From NCBI GenBank assembly GCA_963664435.2, contig CAXXKM010000003.1, positions 1,568,001-1,632,000 of the forward strand: DNA of 64,000 nucleotides, in the 5' to 3' direction. Positions within the stretch are counted from its first letter, which is position 1, and every line of letters begins with the position of its first letter. Below are positions 49,708-58,868 of this stretch, one piece after another. The position numbers and the translations under genes were made by a program. Source of the stretch: Longimicrobiales bacterium. GTDB lineage: Bacteria > Gemmatimonadota > Gemmatimonadetes > Longimicrobiales > Gaopeijiaceae. A model generated the notes under the pieces. That model was not told the origin of the DNA and ran no database searches. It worked only from the letters and a program-made list of their open reading frames with translations.

Positions 49708-49756
49708 CTGCGGTCGCGGAACCGTTCGACTGCGGTCGCGGAGCCGTTCGACTGCG
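49708..49756. repeat. 22-bp tandem repeat (2.2 copies)
   Basis: ctgcggtcgcgga(a/g)ccgttcga twice, then ctgcg, just past the asd stop. Confidence 0.85.
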
Positions 49757-49761
49757 AAGGC

Positions 49762-50880
49762 TCAGCCGCCGGCCCTCGATTCGCCGCGCTCGAGCAGCCC
49801 GTGGGCGACACACAGCTCGGCGTTGGCCAGGCACGCCCCGGCGGCGCCACGCACCCCGTTGTGCACCACGGTGACGAGAGCCAGATCGTGCGGGGGCGCG
49901 GAACGAACGCGGCCGACGCTGACCGCCATGCCGCGCGAGGCGCCGATGTCGAGGCGAGACTGGGGCCGGTCGGGCTCGGAGCGCACCGCGATGGGGCGTT
50001 CCGGGAGCGTCGGCAACTCGGGAAGGGGCGGGCAGGGGCGGTAGTCGAGCAGGCTGCGCTCGACCTCCTCCGGTCGTGCCGGCGTCCGCAGCTTCAGGAA
50101 GACATGAGCCATGTGACCATCGAGCACGGGCACCCGATTCGTGCTGGCGGCGACCCGGATTCGGGTGCCGAGGATCTTGTTGAGTTCGGGCCCGATCTTT
50201 TCCTCTTCGCCCGAGATCCAGGGAACGACGTTTCCGGACATCTGCACCGCGGCCGTGCCGCGTAGCCCGGCACCGGTGAGCGCCTGCAGGGTGACCACCG
50301 TCGCCTCCTCGATCCCGAAGCTCCCTTCGATCGGAGCGAGCGCCAGCGCAACTCCGACCACGACGCAGTTCGGGTTGGTCACCAGCGCGCCTCCCGCGGC
50401 GACCCACGGCTGGGACCTGGTCCGTGCCAGATCGCCAGCGTTGATTTCCGGCACGATCAGGGGCACGTCCACGCGCTGACGGTGCGCGGAGGCGTTGCTG
50501 CAAACGACGTGGCCGCCGCGGGCGAGATCGAGTTCCAGGTCGGTTGCGACGGCGCGCGGCAGCGCCGAAAGAACCAGCCGGCTGCGCAGTGGGTCGCCAA
50601 CGGCGCGTACGGGCAGCCCTGCGGCCCCGTCCGGGATGCGGCCGGTCAGGCTCCAGGGCACCACGTCCGCATAGCGCCGGCCGGCACTCCGCGACGACGC
50701 GGCGACTTCGGCCAGCCGCAGCGAAGGATGCCCGGAAAGCATGCGAACCAGGCGCTGGCCGACGATTCCCGTGGCCCCCAGCACGGCCACCGGCAGGCGT
50801 GGGTTCAATGGGTGAGCGCTCACTTCAGTCTCCGGGGCGAACAGGCCATCCGTCGGCTCGGGCATTGGGGAGAATCCCAC
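49762..50880 (-). CDS. asd: Aspartate-semialdehyde dehydrogenase (archaeal/fungal-like branch)
   Basis: LGATGIVGQR, SNASAHR, VPEIN, TNPNC, EEEK, RVPVLDGH, HNGVRGAAG. Confidence 0.93.
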   Translation of the reverse strand: MGFSPMPEPTDGLFAPETEVSAHPLNPRLPVAVLGATGIVGQRLVRMLSGHPSLRLAEVAASSRSAGRRYADVVPWSLTGRIPDGAAGLPVRAVGDPLRSRLVLSALPRAVATDLELDLARGGHVVCSNASAHRQRVDVPLIVPEINAGDLARTRSQPWVAAGGALVTNPNCVVVGVALALAPIEGSFGIEEATVVTLQALTGAGLRGTAAVQMSGNVVPWISGEEEKIGPELNKILGTRIRVAASTNRVPVLDGHMAHVFLKLRTPARPEEVERSLLDYRPCPPLPELPTLPERPIAVRSEPDRPQSRLDIGASRGMAVSVGRVRSAPPHDLALVTVVHNGVRGAAGACLANAELCVAHGLLERGESRAGG

Positions 50881-50948
50881 TGGCGGGCGTCCGGGAACGC
50901 CCCCGGCGTCTGCGGGCCCGTCGCTCGACCGGCCTCGATGAATCGCGG

Positions 50949-50977
50949 AGGGTACAGGAATGCGGTAGTCGAGTCAA
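50949..50977 (-). promoter_or_regulatory. Candidate sigma70 promoter for asd
   Basis: TTGACT-N17-TACCCT. Confidence 0.4.
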
Positions 50978-51018
50978 CGGTGACGATGTTCCAACCGTCG
51001 GGGGTAGCCGTCGCCGCG

Positions 51019-51732
51019 CTATTCTCCGGGATACGGCAGCTCGACGGGAAGATCCACGGCCGTCAGGTAGAGGGACCGAAGCGTGCTTCGATCCCGCGCG
51101 GTGGGCGCCGGAGGAAGGTCCGGGCCCGCCCACATGATGTCGGACGGATCCGGCGAATGGCTGAGTATGCCCAGCACGTGTCCCATCTCGTGGATCACCA
51201 GCCGCTCGAGCAACTCCTGGTCGTCGGTTCGGCGGATGACCACGCGGTAGATGACCTGCGAGGGTTCGCCGTCGCGGCGAGGCCAGGTGCGCAGCGCGTC
51301 GCGGGGGTCGTTCAGGCACCCGAGAGTGGAGGCGGCACCCGTCACCGGCCCCACGCACGTCATGGGGGTCGAGAGCACGCCCGCCGCATCGTGCCAGCGC
51401 AGCACCGCGCGCGCCTCGCCCAGGTCGGTGGTCTCCCGCAACCGCACTTCGCCGAACACCGCGGCCGACCGCCAGGCCCGCGCGGCCCGCCGGAAGGCCT
51501 GCCGCAGGTCGCCGGCGCCCGACTGTTCGTGCACCACGTACACCGGCACCACGGCGCCCCGGTCCCAGTGAAAGGTTCGCGGGCGCGCGCGGCCGTCGGT
51601 GCCGTAGACGGCCAGGCGGAAGTCGTAGGGGCCCGGAAGGGCCGGGATGATGGCGCTGTCGCAGGCGGTGGCGAACGCCGCGCCGACCAATGCCATCCGC
51701 AACGTCGATCCGGTTCCCCGCCGCGGGTTCAT
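51019..51732 (-). CDS. Matrixin-like zinc metalloprotease lipoprotein
   Basis: HEMGHVLGILSHS..PSDIM (metzincin motif plus Met-turn); lipobox ATAC. Confidence 0.85.
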   Translation of the reverse strand: MNPRRGTGSTLRMALVGAAFATACDSAIIPALPGPYDFRLAVYGTDGRARPRTFHWDRGAVVPVYVVHEQSGAGDLRQAFRRAARAWRSAAVFGEVRLRETTDLGEARAVLRWHDAAGVLSTPMTCVGPVTGAASTLGCLNDPRDALRTWPRRDGEPSQVIYRVVIRRTDDQELLERLVIHEMGHVLGILSHSPDPSDIMWAGPDLPPAPTARDRSTLRSLYLTAVDLPVELPYPGE

Positions 51733-52391
51733 GGCGTCCCCCACGCCGGCACGGCCAGGTAGGCGAGGAATCGAGTTACCGCGCCCGCCGCCGCGCCCGC
51801 TTCGGCCAGCGGAGCAGCATCGAACTCGTGCCACTGCGCCTCGGCCACCCCGAACGCGGGGAAGGGGCCGGGAAGGCGAACCCCGAATCCGCCGGACAGC
51901 AGCACGCCCGTCTGTCCGCTCCCCTCCAGCAGATTCACGTCGTTGCTCAGGTACAGCACCTTGCCCGCGCCTGCACGCACGTCCACGCCCGGTAGCGGCG
52001 ACAGCGGAAACCGAAGCCCGCCGACGATGTGGACCGCGGTCATCCGGCCTGCGGGCCAGGCGTTCCCCCCACCCTCCCCGGCCACGTCGGCAATGCTCAC
52101 GGCGGAACGGATTTCGAGCACGAGCGACGGGCGTGGCCGGCCCACCAGGGCCAGCTCCACGACCGGCGCGGGCCGCGGGCCCACCTCCAGGTCGCGCGCC
52201 ACCGCCTCGAGTTCGGCCGGCACCACGGCCCTGCCCCGGGCGAACGGGGTCGAATACACCCCGCCCCCTCGCACCTCCACGGCAAGCGGAATCTGCGCCG
52301 CGGCCTGCGCCGGCGGCGCCATCAGCACCAGATGAAGAAGCCCGGCATGCACGGGCCCGCGAGCCAGGGCCTTCAAGCGCGCTCCCTTCAC
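51729..52391 (-). CDS. Hypothetical exported protein, probable small OM beta-barrel
   Basis: Signal peptide ending AAAQ; alternating beta strands; coupled to neighbours. Confidence 0.6.
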   Translation of the reverse strand: MKGARLKALARGPVHAGLLHLVLMAPPAQAAAQIPLAVEVRGGGVYSTPFARGRAVVPAELEAVARDLEVGPRPAPVVELALVGRPRPSLVLEIRSAVSIADVAGEGGGNAWPAGRMTAVHIVGGLRFPLSPLPGVDVRAGAGKVLYLSNDVNLLEGSGQTGVLLSGGFGVRLPGPFPAFGVAEAQWHEFDAAPLAEAGAAAGAVTRFLAYLAVPAWGTP

Positions 52392-53257
52392 GTGCGCCAG
52401 GAACGCAGGAGCGCCAGGTTGCGCCGGTCGTTCGAAACCACGTCGTCGCCCTTGGGCGTCTCCAGCAGCTTGGGCACGTCCTGGAAACGAGCGTCCCTCA
52501 TGATGCGGCGGAAGGGGGCCTCGCCCAGCGTTCCCCGGCCGATCATCTCGTGCTGGTCGCGGCGGGACGCAAAGGGGTGCTTCGAGTCGTTCAGATGGAA
52601 GAGCTCCAACAACTCCAGGCCCAGTTCGCCGTCGAAGGCCCGCCAGACGCCCTCGTAGTCACCGACCAGATCGTACCCGGCGGAAAACGCGTGACAGGTG
52701 TCGACGCATACGCCCACGCGCTGGTCGAGCGGCGCGCCCACGCCCTCCCGGATGGCGGCGAGGTGCTCGAACCGTCCTCCGACCGACGTGCCCGCCCCCG
52801 CGGTCAGCTCCAGCAGCACGGGCGGTCCGTCCGGACACCCGTCCAGCGCCTCCGCCAGAGCCGCGGCATTGCGGGCGATGCCGCTCGTGATGTCGCCGTC
52901 GGTGGCGTTCCCCGGATGCGTGACGAGAAAGTCCAGACCCAGCTCACGCCCGCGCCCCAACTCCGCCCGGAAGCTGTCCAGGGACCGGCGCCAGAGGCCC
53001 GGATCGGGGGACGCCAGGTTGATGAGATAGGAATCGTGGGCGACGGCACACCGAATGCCGGCGTCGGCGCGGGCCCGCCTGAAGGCGCGAATCCGCTCGC
53101 CGGGGAGCGCGGGCTCGGCCCAGCGGTTCGGTTGCTTGGTGAAGAGCTGCAGGTTGAGCGCGGTGATGTCCCGCGCACGTCCAGGCGCGTGCTCGACGCC
53201 TCCGGCTACCGAGACGTGGGCGCCGAGTTCGTCGGCGATGACGGCGGGAGATGCCAC
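52388..53257 (-). CDS. nfo: Endonuclease IV
   Basis: LGAHVSVAGG, HDSYLINL, HPG, CVDTCHAF, HLNDSK, DQH, LETP; start placed at GTG 53257. Confidence 0.95.
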   Translation of the reverse strand: MASPAVIADELGAHVSVAGGVEHAPGRARDITALNLQLFTKQPNRWAEPALPGERIRAFRRARADAGIRCAVAHDSYLINLASPDPGLWRRSLDSFRAELGRGRELGLDFLVTHPGNATDGDITSGIARNAAALAEALDGCPDGPPVLLELTAGAGTSVGGRFEHLAAIREGVGAPLDQRVGVCVDTCHAFSAGYDLVGDYEGVWRAFDGELGLELLELFHLNDSKHPFASRRDQHEMIGRGTLGEAPFRRIMRDARFQDVPKLLETPKGDDVVSNDRRNLALLRSWRT

Positions 53258-53282
53258 CGCCGCTGGCTGCCCGGACCCGGCG

Positions 53283-53588
53283 TTACCAGCTGGACTTGCG
53301 GACCCCGGGAATCTTCCCCTCCAGGGACCACTCGCGGAATGCGATGCGGGAGAGCCCGAACTTCTGGATATGGCCGCGCGGACGCCCCGTGGTGCCGCAG
53401 CGGTTGCGATACCGGGTCGCGCTGGAATCGCGCGGCAGCTTCCGCAGCGCCCACTGGGCCTCGCGCTTCTCCTCCGTTGACTTGTCGGGGTCGGCAATGA
53501 TCTGCCGAAGCTCGCGACGGCGCTCCGCGTAGCGCTCGATCAGCTTTGCGCGCTTCAGGTTCTGTTCGATCTTTCCTCTTTTTGCCAC
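53283..53588 (-). CDS. rpsN: 30S ribosomal protein S14, 101-aa Zn-independent form
   Basis: [22 protein letters not shown]...[10 protein letters not shown]...IPGVRKSSW; single Cys. Confidence 0.96.
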   Translation of the reverse strand: MAKRGKIEQNLKRAKLIERYAERRRELRQIIADPDKSTEEKREAQWALRKLPRDSSATRYRNRCGTTGRPRGHIQKFGLSRIAFREWSLEGKIPGVRKSSW

Positions 53589-53666
53589 CTTGCCGCCTTC
53601 CTTGAGTCGCCTCTCCTTCGCGCGAGAGTTGAGAAAGCTACACCCTCTTGGGGTCGTTCTCCAGTG

Positions 53667-54038
53667 CTAGTGGGCGGGCGAGCCCCGGGAACCCGTGAGC
53701 ATCGGCCCCAGCGGGCGCCCCCCGATCAGGTGCATGTGGAGGTGGTAGACCTCCTGGCACCCGTCCTCGCCGCAGTTCACGATCAACCGGTAGCCGGTTT
53801 CCGCGATACCCTGCTCCCGGGCGATGCGCGCCGCGACCGCGAACATGCGGCCCAGCACCGGCTCGTCGTCGCCGGTGACGTCGCGCGCGCTGGCGATGAT
53901 GCTGTTGGGCACCACCAGCACGTGCGTGGGCGCGGCTGGCGCGACATCGCGAAATGCCGTCACCAGGTCGTCCTGGTAGACGATGTCGGCCGGAATCTCC
54001 CGTCGGACGATCCGGGAGAAGATGGTGTCTCCTGCCAT
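53667..54038 (-). CDS. Histidine triad (HIT) nucleotide-binding protein
   Basis: [33 protein letters not shown]. Confidence 0.93.
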   Translation of the reverse strand: MAGDTIFSRIVRREIPADIVYQDDLVTAFRDVAPAAPTHVLVVPNSIIASARDVTGDDEPVLGRMFAVAARIAREQGIAETGYRLIVNCGEDGCQEVYHLHMHLIGGRPLGPMLTGSRGSPAH

Positions 54039-54048
54039 CGCCGGCCGG

Positions 54049-54333
54049 CTACTTCGCGTCCGACTCGCCGGCGCCGGACTTCTTGCGCATCTGACGCGCA
54101 TAGCGCTGCTGGAAGCGCTCGACGCGGCCCGCCGTGTCCACCATGCGCTGGGTGCCCGTGTAGAACGGGTGCGACGAACTCGAGATCTCCAGGCTGACCA
54201 GGGGATACTCGTTGCCGTCTTCCCACTTGATGGTCTTGTCGCTCTTGACGGTCGATCGGGTCAGGAACGCGTAACCGTTGGATGCGTCCTGAAACACCAC
54301 CGGGTGATACTCCGGGTGAATTCCTTCTTTCAT
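54049..54333 (-). CDS. rpmE2: 50S ribosomal protein L31 type B
   Basis: [16 protein letters not shown]...[12 protein letters not shown]...GRVERF; no Cys. Confidence 0.95.
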   Translation of the reverse strand: MKEGIHPEYHPVVFQDASNGYAFLTRSTVKSDKTIKWEDGNEYPLVSLEISSSSHPFYTGTQRMVDTAGRVERFQQRYARQMRKKSGAGESDAK

Positions 54334-54430
54334 TCCGTGGGCTCCGAAGACTCTGGTCCGGGTGCGGCCACCGCCATTCCCGGGCGAAGGGCCGACAGCC
54401 GAGAAGTTTACCGAAACAGGGGACGACCGG

Positions 54431-54985
54431 TCAACGCCCGGGACCCTGTCCCACCGGCGGCGTCAGCCTGAAGCCGCCCAGGACTTCATCATCGGGGGGG
54501 AGCTCGTCGGGACCGGCGGGATAGCCGTTCAACTCCAGGATGTACGCCATGACGTCCACGTAGGTCTGGCGCGGCAGCCCTCCGGGGTTGTCGTCGGGCA
54601 TCGTGCGGCGCAGCTCCCGGTACAGATCGCGGGCGGTGCGGCGCGCCCAGACGTCCGTGAATACCGGGCCCTTGAACTCGCTCGTATAGTGGCAATCCGA
54701 GCACACCTGGCGAAACGCGCGCTGGCCGCGGCGCGCCTGCGGCTCCGTGTAGAAGGCGGCCGGAGCCGGAGCTGCGTCGCGGGACGCCGCCCCTTCCGGC
54801 ACTGCCGCGTCGTTGGCAGCAGTCTGCGTCGCCGGTACGCCTTGCGCGGCCGGAGGTGCGTCGCCCGGGGCCGGCGTCCCGGCCGTCGCGGACCCGGGAA
54901 CCGGAGGCGAGGGCGGCGTTGCCGCCGGTGCTGCACACCCCACGATCAGCCATGCGACGGCGGCGAACGACATGCGTGATGACAT
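54431..54985 (-). CDS. Monohaem cytochrome c lipoprotein
   Basis: Lipobox IVGC, Pro/Ala linker, CSDCH, distal Met in TMPDDNPG. Confidence 0.88.
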   Translation of the reverse strand: MSSRMSFAAVAWLIVGCAAPAATPPSPPVPGSATAGTPAPGDAPPAAQGVPATQTAANDAAVPEGAASRDAAPAPAAFYTEPQARRGQRAFRQVCSDCHYTSEFKGPVFTDVWARRTARDLYRELRRTMPDDNPGGLPRQTYVDVMAYILELNGYPAGPDELPPDDEVLGGFRLTPPVGQGPGR

Positions 54986-54993
54986 CGGCGGCA

Positions 54994-56718
54994 CTACTCC
55001 TCCGTAACCTCGAAGACGAACATCATTCCCGCGTGCAGGTGCTCCGCGATGTGACAATGAAGCATCCACGATCCCGGATTGGACATCTCCACCAGCAGAT
55101 CCATGGTGGAGCCGACCGGAAGGATGGTGGTGTCCTTCCACACCAGGTTGGTGTTGGGGATGCCGTCGCGCTCGGTCACCAGGAAGCGCTGCCCGTGAAT
55201 GTGGATGGGATGGTTCATGGGATGAAACGACTCGGGGTCGTTGAACACCCGGATCTTCACTACGTCGCCCACGCGAAAGCGCCAGTCGATGTCCCCGTTC
55301 TCCCGCCCGCTGGCCGGTTCCCGCAGGATCCAGGTCACCTGGGTGCCGGTCGAGAGCCAGTTCATCATCGGCATGCCGTCGTTCCACTCGACCGGCGGCA
55401 CGTAGAAGGTGTCCGCCTCCATCGACGCCACGATCGGCACCGGAAGATCCCGTACCCGGACCGTGGTCACCAGCTCAAGGTCCACCGGCTTGCCCAGCAG
55501 GGCGCGGAAGGGCTCGATGTCCTCGATCACGTCGCGGTTCTCGCGCAGTTCATCGAAGGCCTGCGCGACCTCATCGTCGATTTCGGGACCGTTCACGCTC
55601 ACGACCGCGAGCGTGTCCTCGTGCGGGTAGAAGGTGCCGCGGAAATGGTTCACGGCCTGGATCGTGTTGGTGATGCCGACCTCGCCGGCCTCCGGGAAGC
55701 GCACGTCCACCACATAGCGTTCGGCGGGCGCGATGACCACGCTCTCCACCCAGGTCTCACGCTCGAACTTGCCCACGTCGGACGCGATCAGCTTCACGCG
55801 CGCGCTCCCGAAGCGGACGTTGAAGGTGCGGGTGTTGGCGACGTTGGTCAGGTAGAAGCGGACCACCTCGCCGGTGCGCGCCTCGATGCGGTGGTCGTCG
55901 ACCCCGTTGGTCAGCATCACGGTGCCGAAGCGTCCCATGAGCGCGTGCGTCGGCGCTTCCTCGCCCCAGGGGATGAGGCCCTGGTCGTCGATGAGGATGT
56001 CGTCGAGCAGGAGCAGCTCTTCGCGGTGGGAGGGGCCGTAGTAGTCCGGGTTCGGCGGCACGACCAGCAGGTTCCCGTAGAGACCCAGGTCCTGCTGGAC
56101 ATCCTCGCGCATGTGCGGATGGTACCAGAACATGCCGGCGTCGGGAACGTCGATCTCGTAGGTGAAGGTCTCGCCTTCGGCGATGGGGTCCTGGGTGAGC
56201 CCGGCGACGCCGTCGAAGCGGTTCTCCAGCCGTATCCCGTGCCAGTGGACCGTCGTGGGCAGCTGAATGCGGTTGGTCACACGCACCATGATGCGCGAGC
56301 CCCGGTCCGCCTGGATGAGAGGACCCGGATACTGGCCGTCATATCCGAGCATGGCGTAGTCGCGCCCGCCGATCGTGCGCCGGACCACGGACACGTCCAT
56401 GTCGAGGGTGTCCCCATCGGCCACCACGACCCGCCGGCCGGGTTCGGCCGCCGGAAACATCGCCGGATCCATGCCGTCGCCGATCAGGAAGGGACGCACG
56501 GGCGGGAGCGCGTTCTCGAGCCCCGGGACCATCGGCATGCTCATGGACATCGGCGGCATGCGCCATCCAGCGGCCTCGCCGTGATCGCCATGGCCCATCA
56601 TCCGGTGTTCCTGGGCCGCGAGGGCACCCGGCAGGGCGGCGACCACGCCCGGCAGAGCGGTCCCGAAGCCCGGAAGGGCAGCGACGAGAAGGATTCGCAG
56701 TCCGTGGAGAGGGCGCAC
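54994..56718 (-). CDS. Multicopper oxidase (three-domain)
   Basis: HWHG, WYHPH, HPIHIHG, HCHIAEHLHAGM; Met/His-rich N-terminus; start placed at GTG 56718. Confidence 0.93.
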   Translation of the reverse strand: MRPLHGLRILLVAALPGFGTALPGVVAALPGALAAQEHRMMGHGDHGEAAGWRMPPMSMSMPMVPGLENALPPVRPFLIGDGMDPAMFPAAEPGRRVVVADGDTLDMDVSVVRRTIGGRDYAMLGYDGQYPGPLIQADRGSRIMVRVTNRIQLPTTVHWHGIRLENRFDGVAGLTQDPIAEGETFTYEIDVPDAGMFWYHPHMREDVQQDLGLYGNLLVVPPNPDYYGPSHREELLLLDDILIDDQGLIPWGEEAPTHALMGRFGTVMLTNGVDDHRIEARTGEVVRFYLTNVANTRTFNVRFGSARVKLIASDVGKFERETWVESVVIAPAERYVVDVRFPEAGEVGITNTIQAVNHFRGTFYPHEDTLAVVSVNGPEIDDEVAQAFDELRENRDVIEDIEPFRALLGKPVDLELVTTVRVRDLPVPIVASMEADTFYVPPVEWNDGMPMMNWLSTGTQVTWILREPASGRENGDIDWRFRVGDVVKIRVFNDPESFHPMNHPIHIHGQRFLVTERDGIPNTNLVWKDTTILPVGSTMDLLVEMSNPGSWMLHCHIAEHLHAGMMFVFEVTEE

Positions 56719-56732
56719 CGGCGTCGGCTGTC

Positions 56733-57341
56733 TCAATCGTAGCCGTAGGCGGCGCAGTTCTCCTGTTCGAAGGCGCCGTGCCCCGCCATGGTGTGCATCT
56801 GCCCGCTGCGGGACATGCCGCGCAACGCGACGGGGCCCGTCCACATGGCCGCCTCGGGATCGTCCGCGGGTTCGAGCGTGACCACGAGCAGGAACTTGTT
56901 CCAGCGGGCCCGGCCACGAAGCGGCCCGCCGTCCGCAAGCGGACCGATGCGCTCGACCTGGTCCAGGTCCGGCGTCGTCAGCCATCCCACATAGACGCCT
57001 TCGCGGGGCGCCATCAGGCGCTCCACCGAGAGCCACACGTCGAGAAGGTAGCTGCCGTCCTCCGCCAGGGTGACTCCGAACGGCGAGTCCGCGAAGGTCA
57101 CTTCGCCCAGGCCCGCCGCGAGCCCGGTGCCCGGGAGCCTGCGGGTGCTCACTACGGGGAAGGCGTAGTAGGCGGGCGCCTCGACCGGGGCGGCGGATGC
57201 GGGCAGTGGCGCGTGGACCGCGTTGCCCGGCCCGAAGGCCTCCGGCAACGCGCATGTCCCCGGAGGAATCCCCGGTGAGGGATCCCCGCTGCCCGGGGCC
57301 AGGCCTGCCAGCAGCGCGAGGGTCAGCATCTCGCCCGTCAT
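56733..57341 (-). CDS. Exported hypothetical protein homologous to the N-terminal domain of the oxidase at 60570
   Basis: PFGVT...YVGWLTTP.L....GP...NKFLLVVTLE...LRG.S; C-terminal MHTMAGHG. Confidence 0.75.
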   Translation of the reverse strand: MTGEMLTLALLAGLAPGSGDPSPGIPPGTCALPEAFGPGNAVHAPLPASAAPVEAPAYYAFPVVSTRRLPGTGLAAGLGEVTFADSPFGVTLAEDGSYLLDVWLSVERLMAPREGVYVGWLTTPDLDQVERIGPLADGGPLRGRARWNKFLLVVTLEPADDPEAAMWTGPVALRGMSRSGQMHTMAGHGAFEQENCAAYGYD

Positions 57342-57345
57342 CGGA

Positions 57346-58710
57346 TCACGGCTCCTGACTTACCGGGCGCGGACGGACCTCGTCCCACTTCTGGACGCTG
57401 GAGATGTCCGGCATGCCCCAGTCCTCGCCGTTCCAGCCGTTGAACCCCTCCATGCGGAAGGTCCAGAAACCGGTGCTCATGTCGCTCACGACGATGAGCC
57501 CGTCCTCGTTGCGCACGTCCACCCCGAACGCCCCGTTGAACACCGGATTGCGGAAGTCGCGGTCGTTCGGCGAGCCGACGTACGTGTCGTAGTAGCCCAC
57601 GGTGACCGGGTTGGTTGGATCCATGAGGCTGAAGATCTGGAGCCCGTCGAGATACCCGGAGACGAAGACGTAGGGCCAGCGCACCTCGTGGTTGTGCACC
57701 AGGTTCTGCCAGTCCGCGGTCCAGGCCGAGATGGGCCGGCTGATGTTCGTCTGCGTGCCCTCGAGCGCGGGCTGGAGGTCGAAGATGCGCAGGGGCGCGT
57801 ACTGGTACTCGGTCTCGGCGATCACGTAACGCCCGTCCGGGCTGGGCGTGAAGGTGTGGCCCGAGCGGACGCCGCTGATGCCCGTCATCGTGACCACGAG
57901 CTCCGGGTTGTCCAGGTCGCTGATGTTGTAGACGTAGTAGCCGCCGGTGCCGCCGCCGTAGAAGCGGTCCTGCCCGGTGTCGGGATGATACGCGGCGTAG
58001 AAGTCGTGATAGCCGCGCCCGCTGCCCTGCCCGAGCGGGGACTCGGGAACCGGAATCCGTCCCGCCAGGGCATCCGAGGGATCGCCGTCGACGGCCTTCG
58101 CCATGTCGTAGGCGTGGGCGAACGGGCCGCGCACCGTGCTCAGGAGCAGCACGCGGCCGTCGGAATGCTTGTAGATGAAGATGTTGTGGAAGCCCCCCGG
58201 CAACTCGGGCTCCCGGATGCGCGCCACCTCGCGCACGGTGGTGGGATCGGGAAGCCCGGTGACATCCAGGATGACCGCGCCCAGGTCGGGGTTTGGGCCG
58301 CCCTGGCCGAACTGGAGGGACTGCACCACGTAGTAGCGCCCGTCGAGCTTGAAGTACTTGACGTCCATTCCGCCGGTGCGCTGGTGCAGGTCCTGGTTCT
58401 CGATGCGCCAGCGGTAGATCACCTCCGGCTTCTCGGGATCCTCCAGGTTGATGATGTCGGTGCCCTTGGGACCGACCTCGCCGTAGACCATGCGCGCGAC
58501 GTACGCGTAGGGACGGTGCATTTCCTGCTCGAGCTCGATGTCGGCGATGCTGAGCTGCGGGCCGAGGGGAACGTGGCCGAGCACGTCCATGTTGTCGCTG
58601 CCCGGTTTCATCGGCGTCCACTGGCCGGCTGCGGGCGCGACCGCCAGGGCGAGCGCCAGAGCGGCGGCACCGGTCTTCAGGATGGTCGAATGGACGACGC
58701 TGGCTCGCAT
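57346..58710 (-). CDS. LVIVD-repeat-like secreted beta-propeller
   Basis: Signal peptide; repeats ILDVT..P, VYNISDLDNP, LQIFSLMDPTNP; His in successive blades. Confidence 0.8.
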   Translation of the reverse strand: MRASVVHSTILKTGAAALALALAVAPAAGQWTPMKPGSDNMDVLGHVPLGPQLSIADIELEQEMHRPYAYVARMVYGEVGPKGTDIINLEDPEKPEVIYRWRIENQDLHQRTGGMDVKYFKLDGRYYVVQSLQFGQGGPNPDLGAVILDVTGLPDPTTVREVARIREPELPGGFHNIFIYKHSDGRVLLLSTVRGPFAHAYDMAKAVDGDPSDALAGRIPVPESPLGQGSGRGYHDFYAAYHPDTGQDRFYGGGTGGYYVYNISDLDNPELVVTMTGISGVRSGHTFTPSPDGRYVIAETEYQYAPLRIFDLQPALEGTQTNISRPISAWTADWQNLVHNHEVRWPYVFVSGYLDGLQIFSLMDPTNPVTVGYYDTYVGSPNDRDFRNPVFNGAFGVDVRNEDGLIVVSDMSTGFWTFRMEGFNGWNGEDWGMPDISSVQKWDEVRPRPVSQEP

Positions 58711-58868
58711 GGCGAACTCCTTCGGCAAGATGGAACAGGTCTCTCCGGGCCGCGCGGTGCCCGACCGGTCATTGTAACGTGATTCGGACCTCGCGCGCAC
58801 GGGCTGGTGACATATGCCCTCGCCCGCGGCGTGAAGGCGGTGGCCCGGGGCTCGGGTTCGCAACCGAT

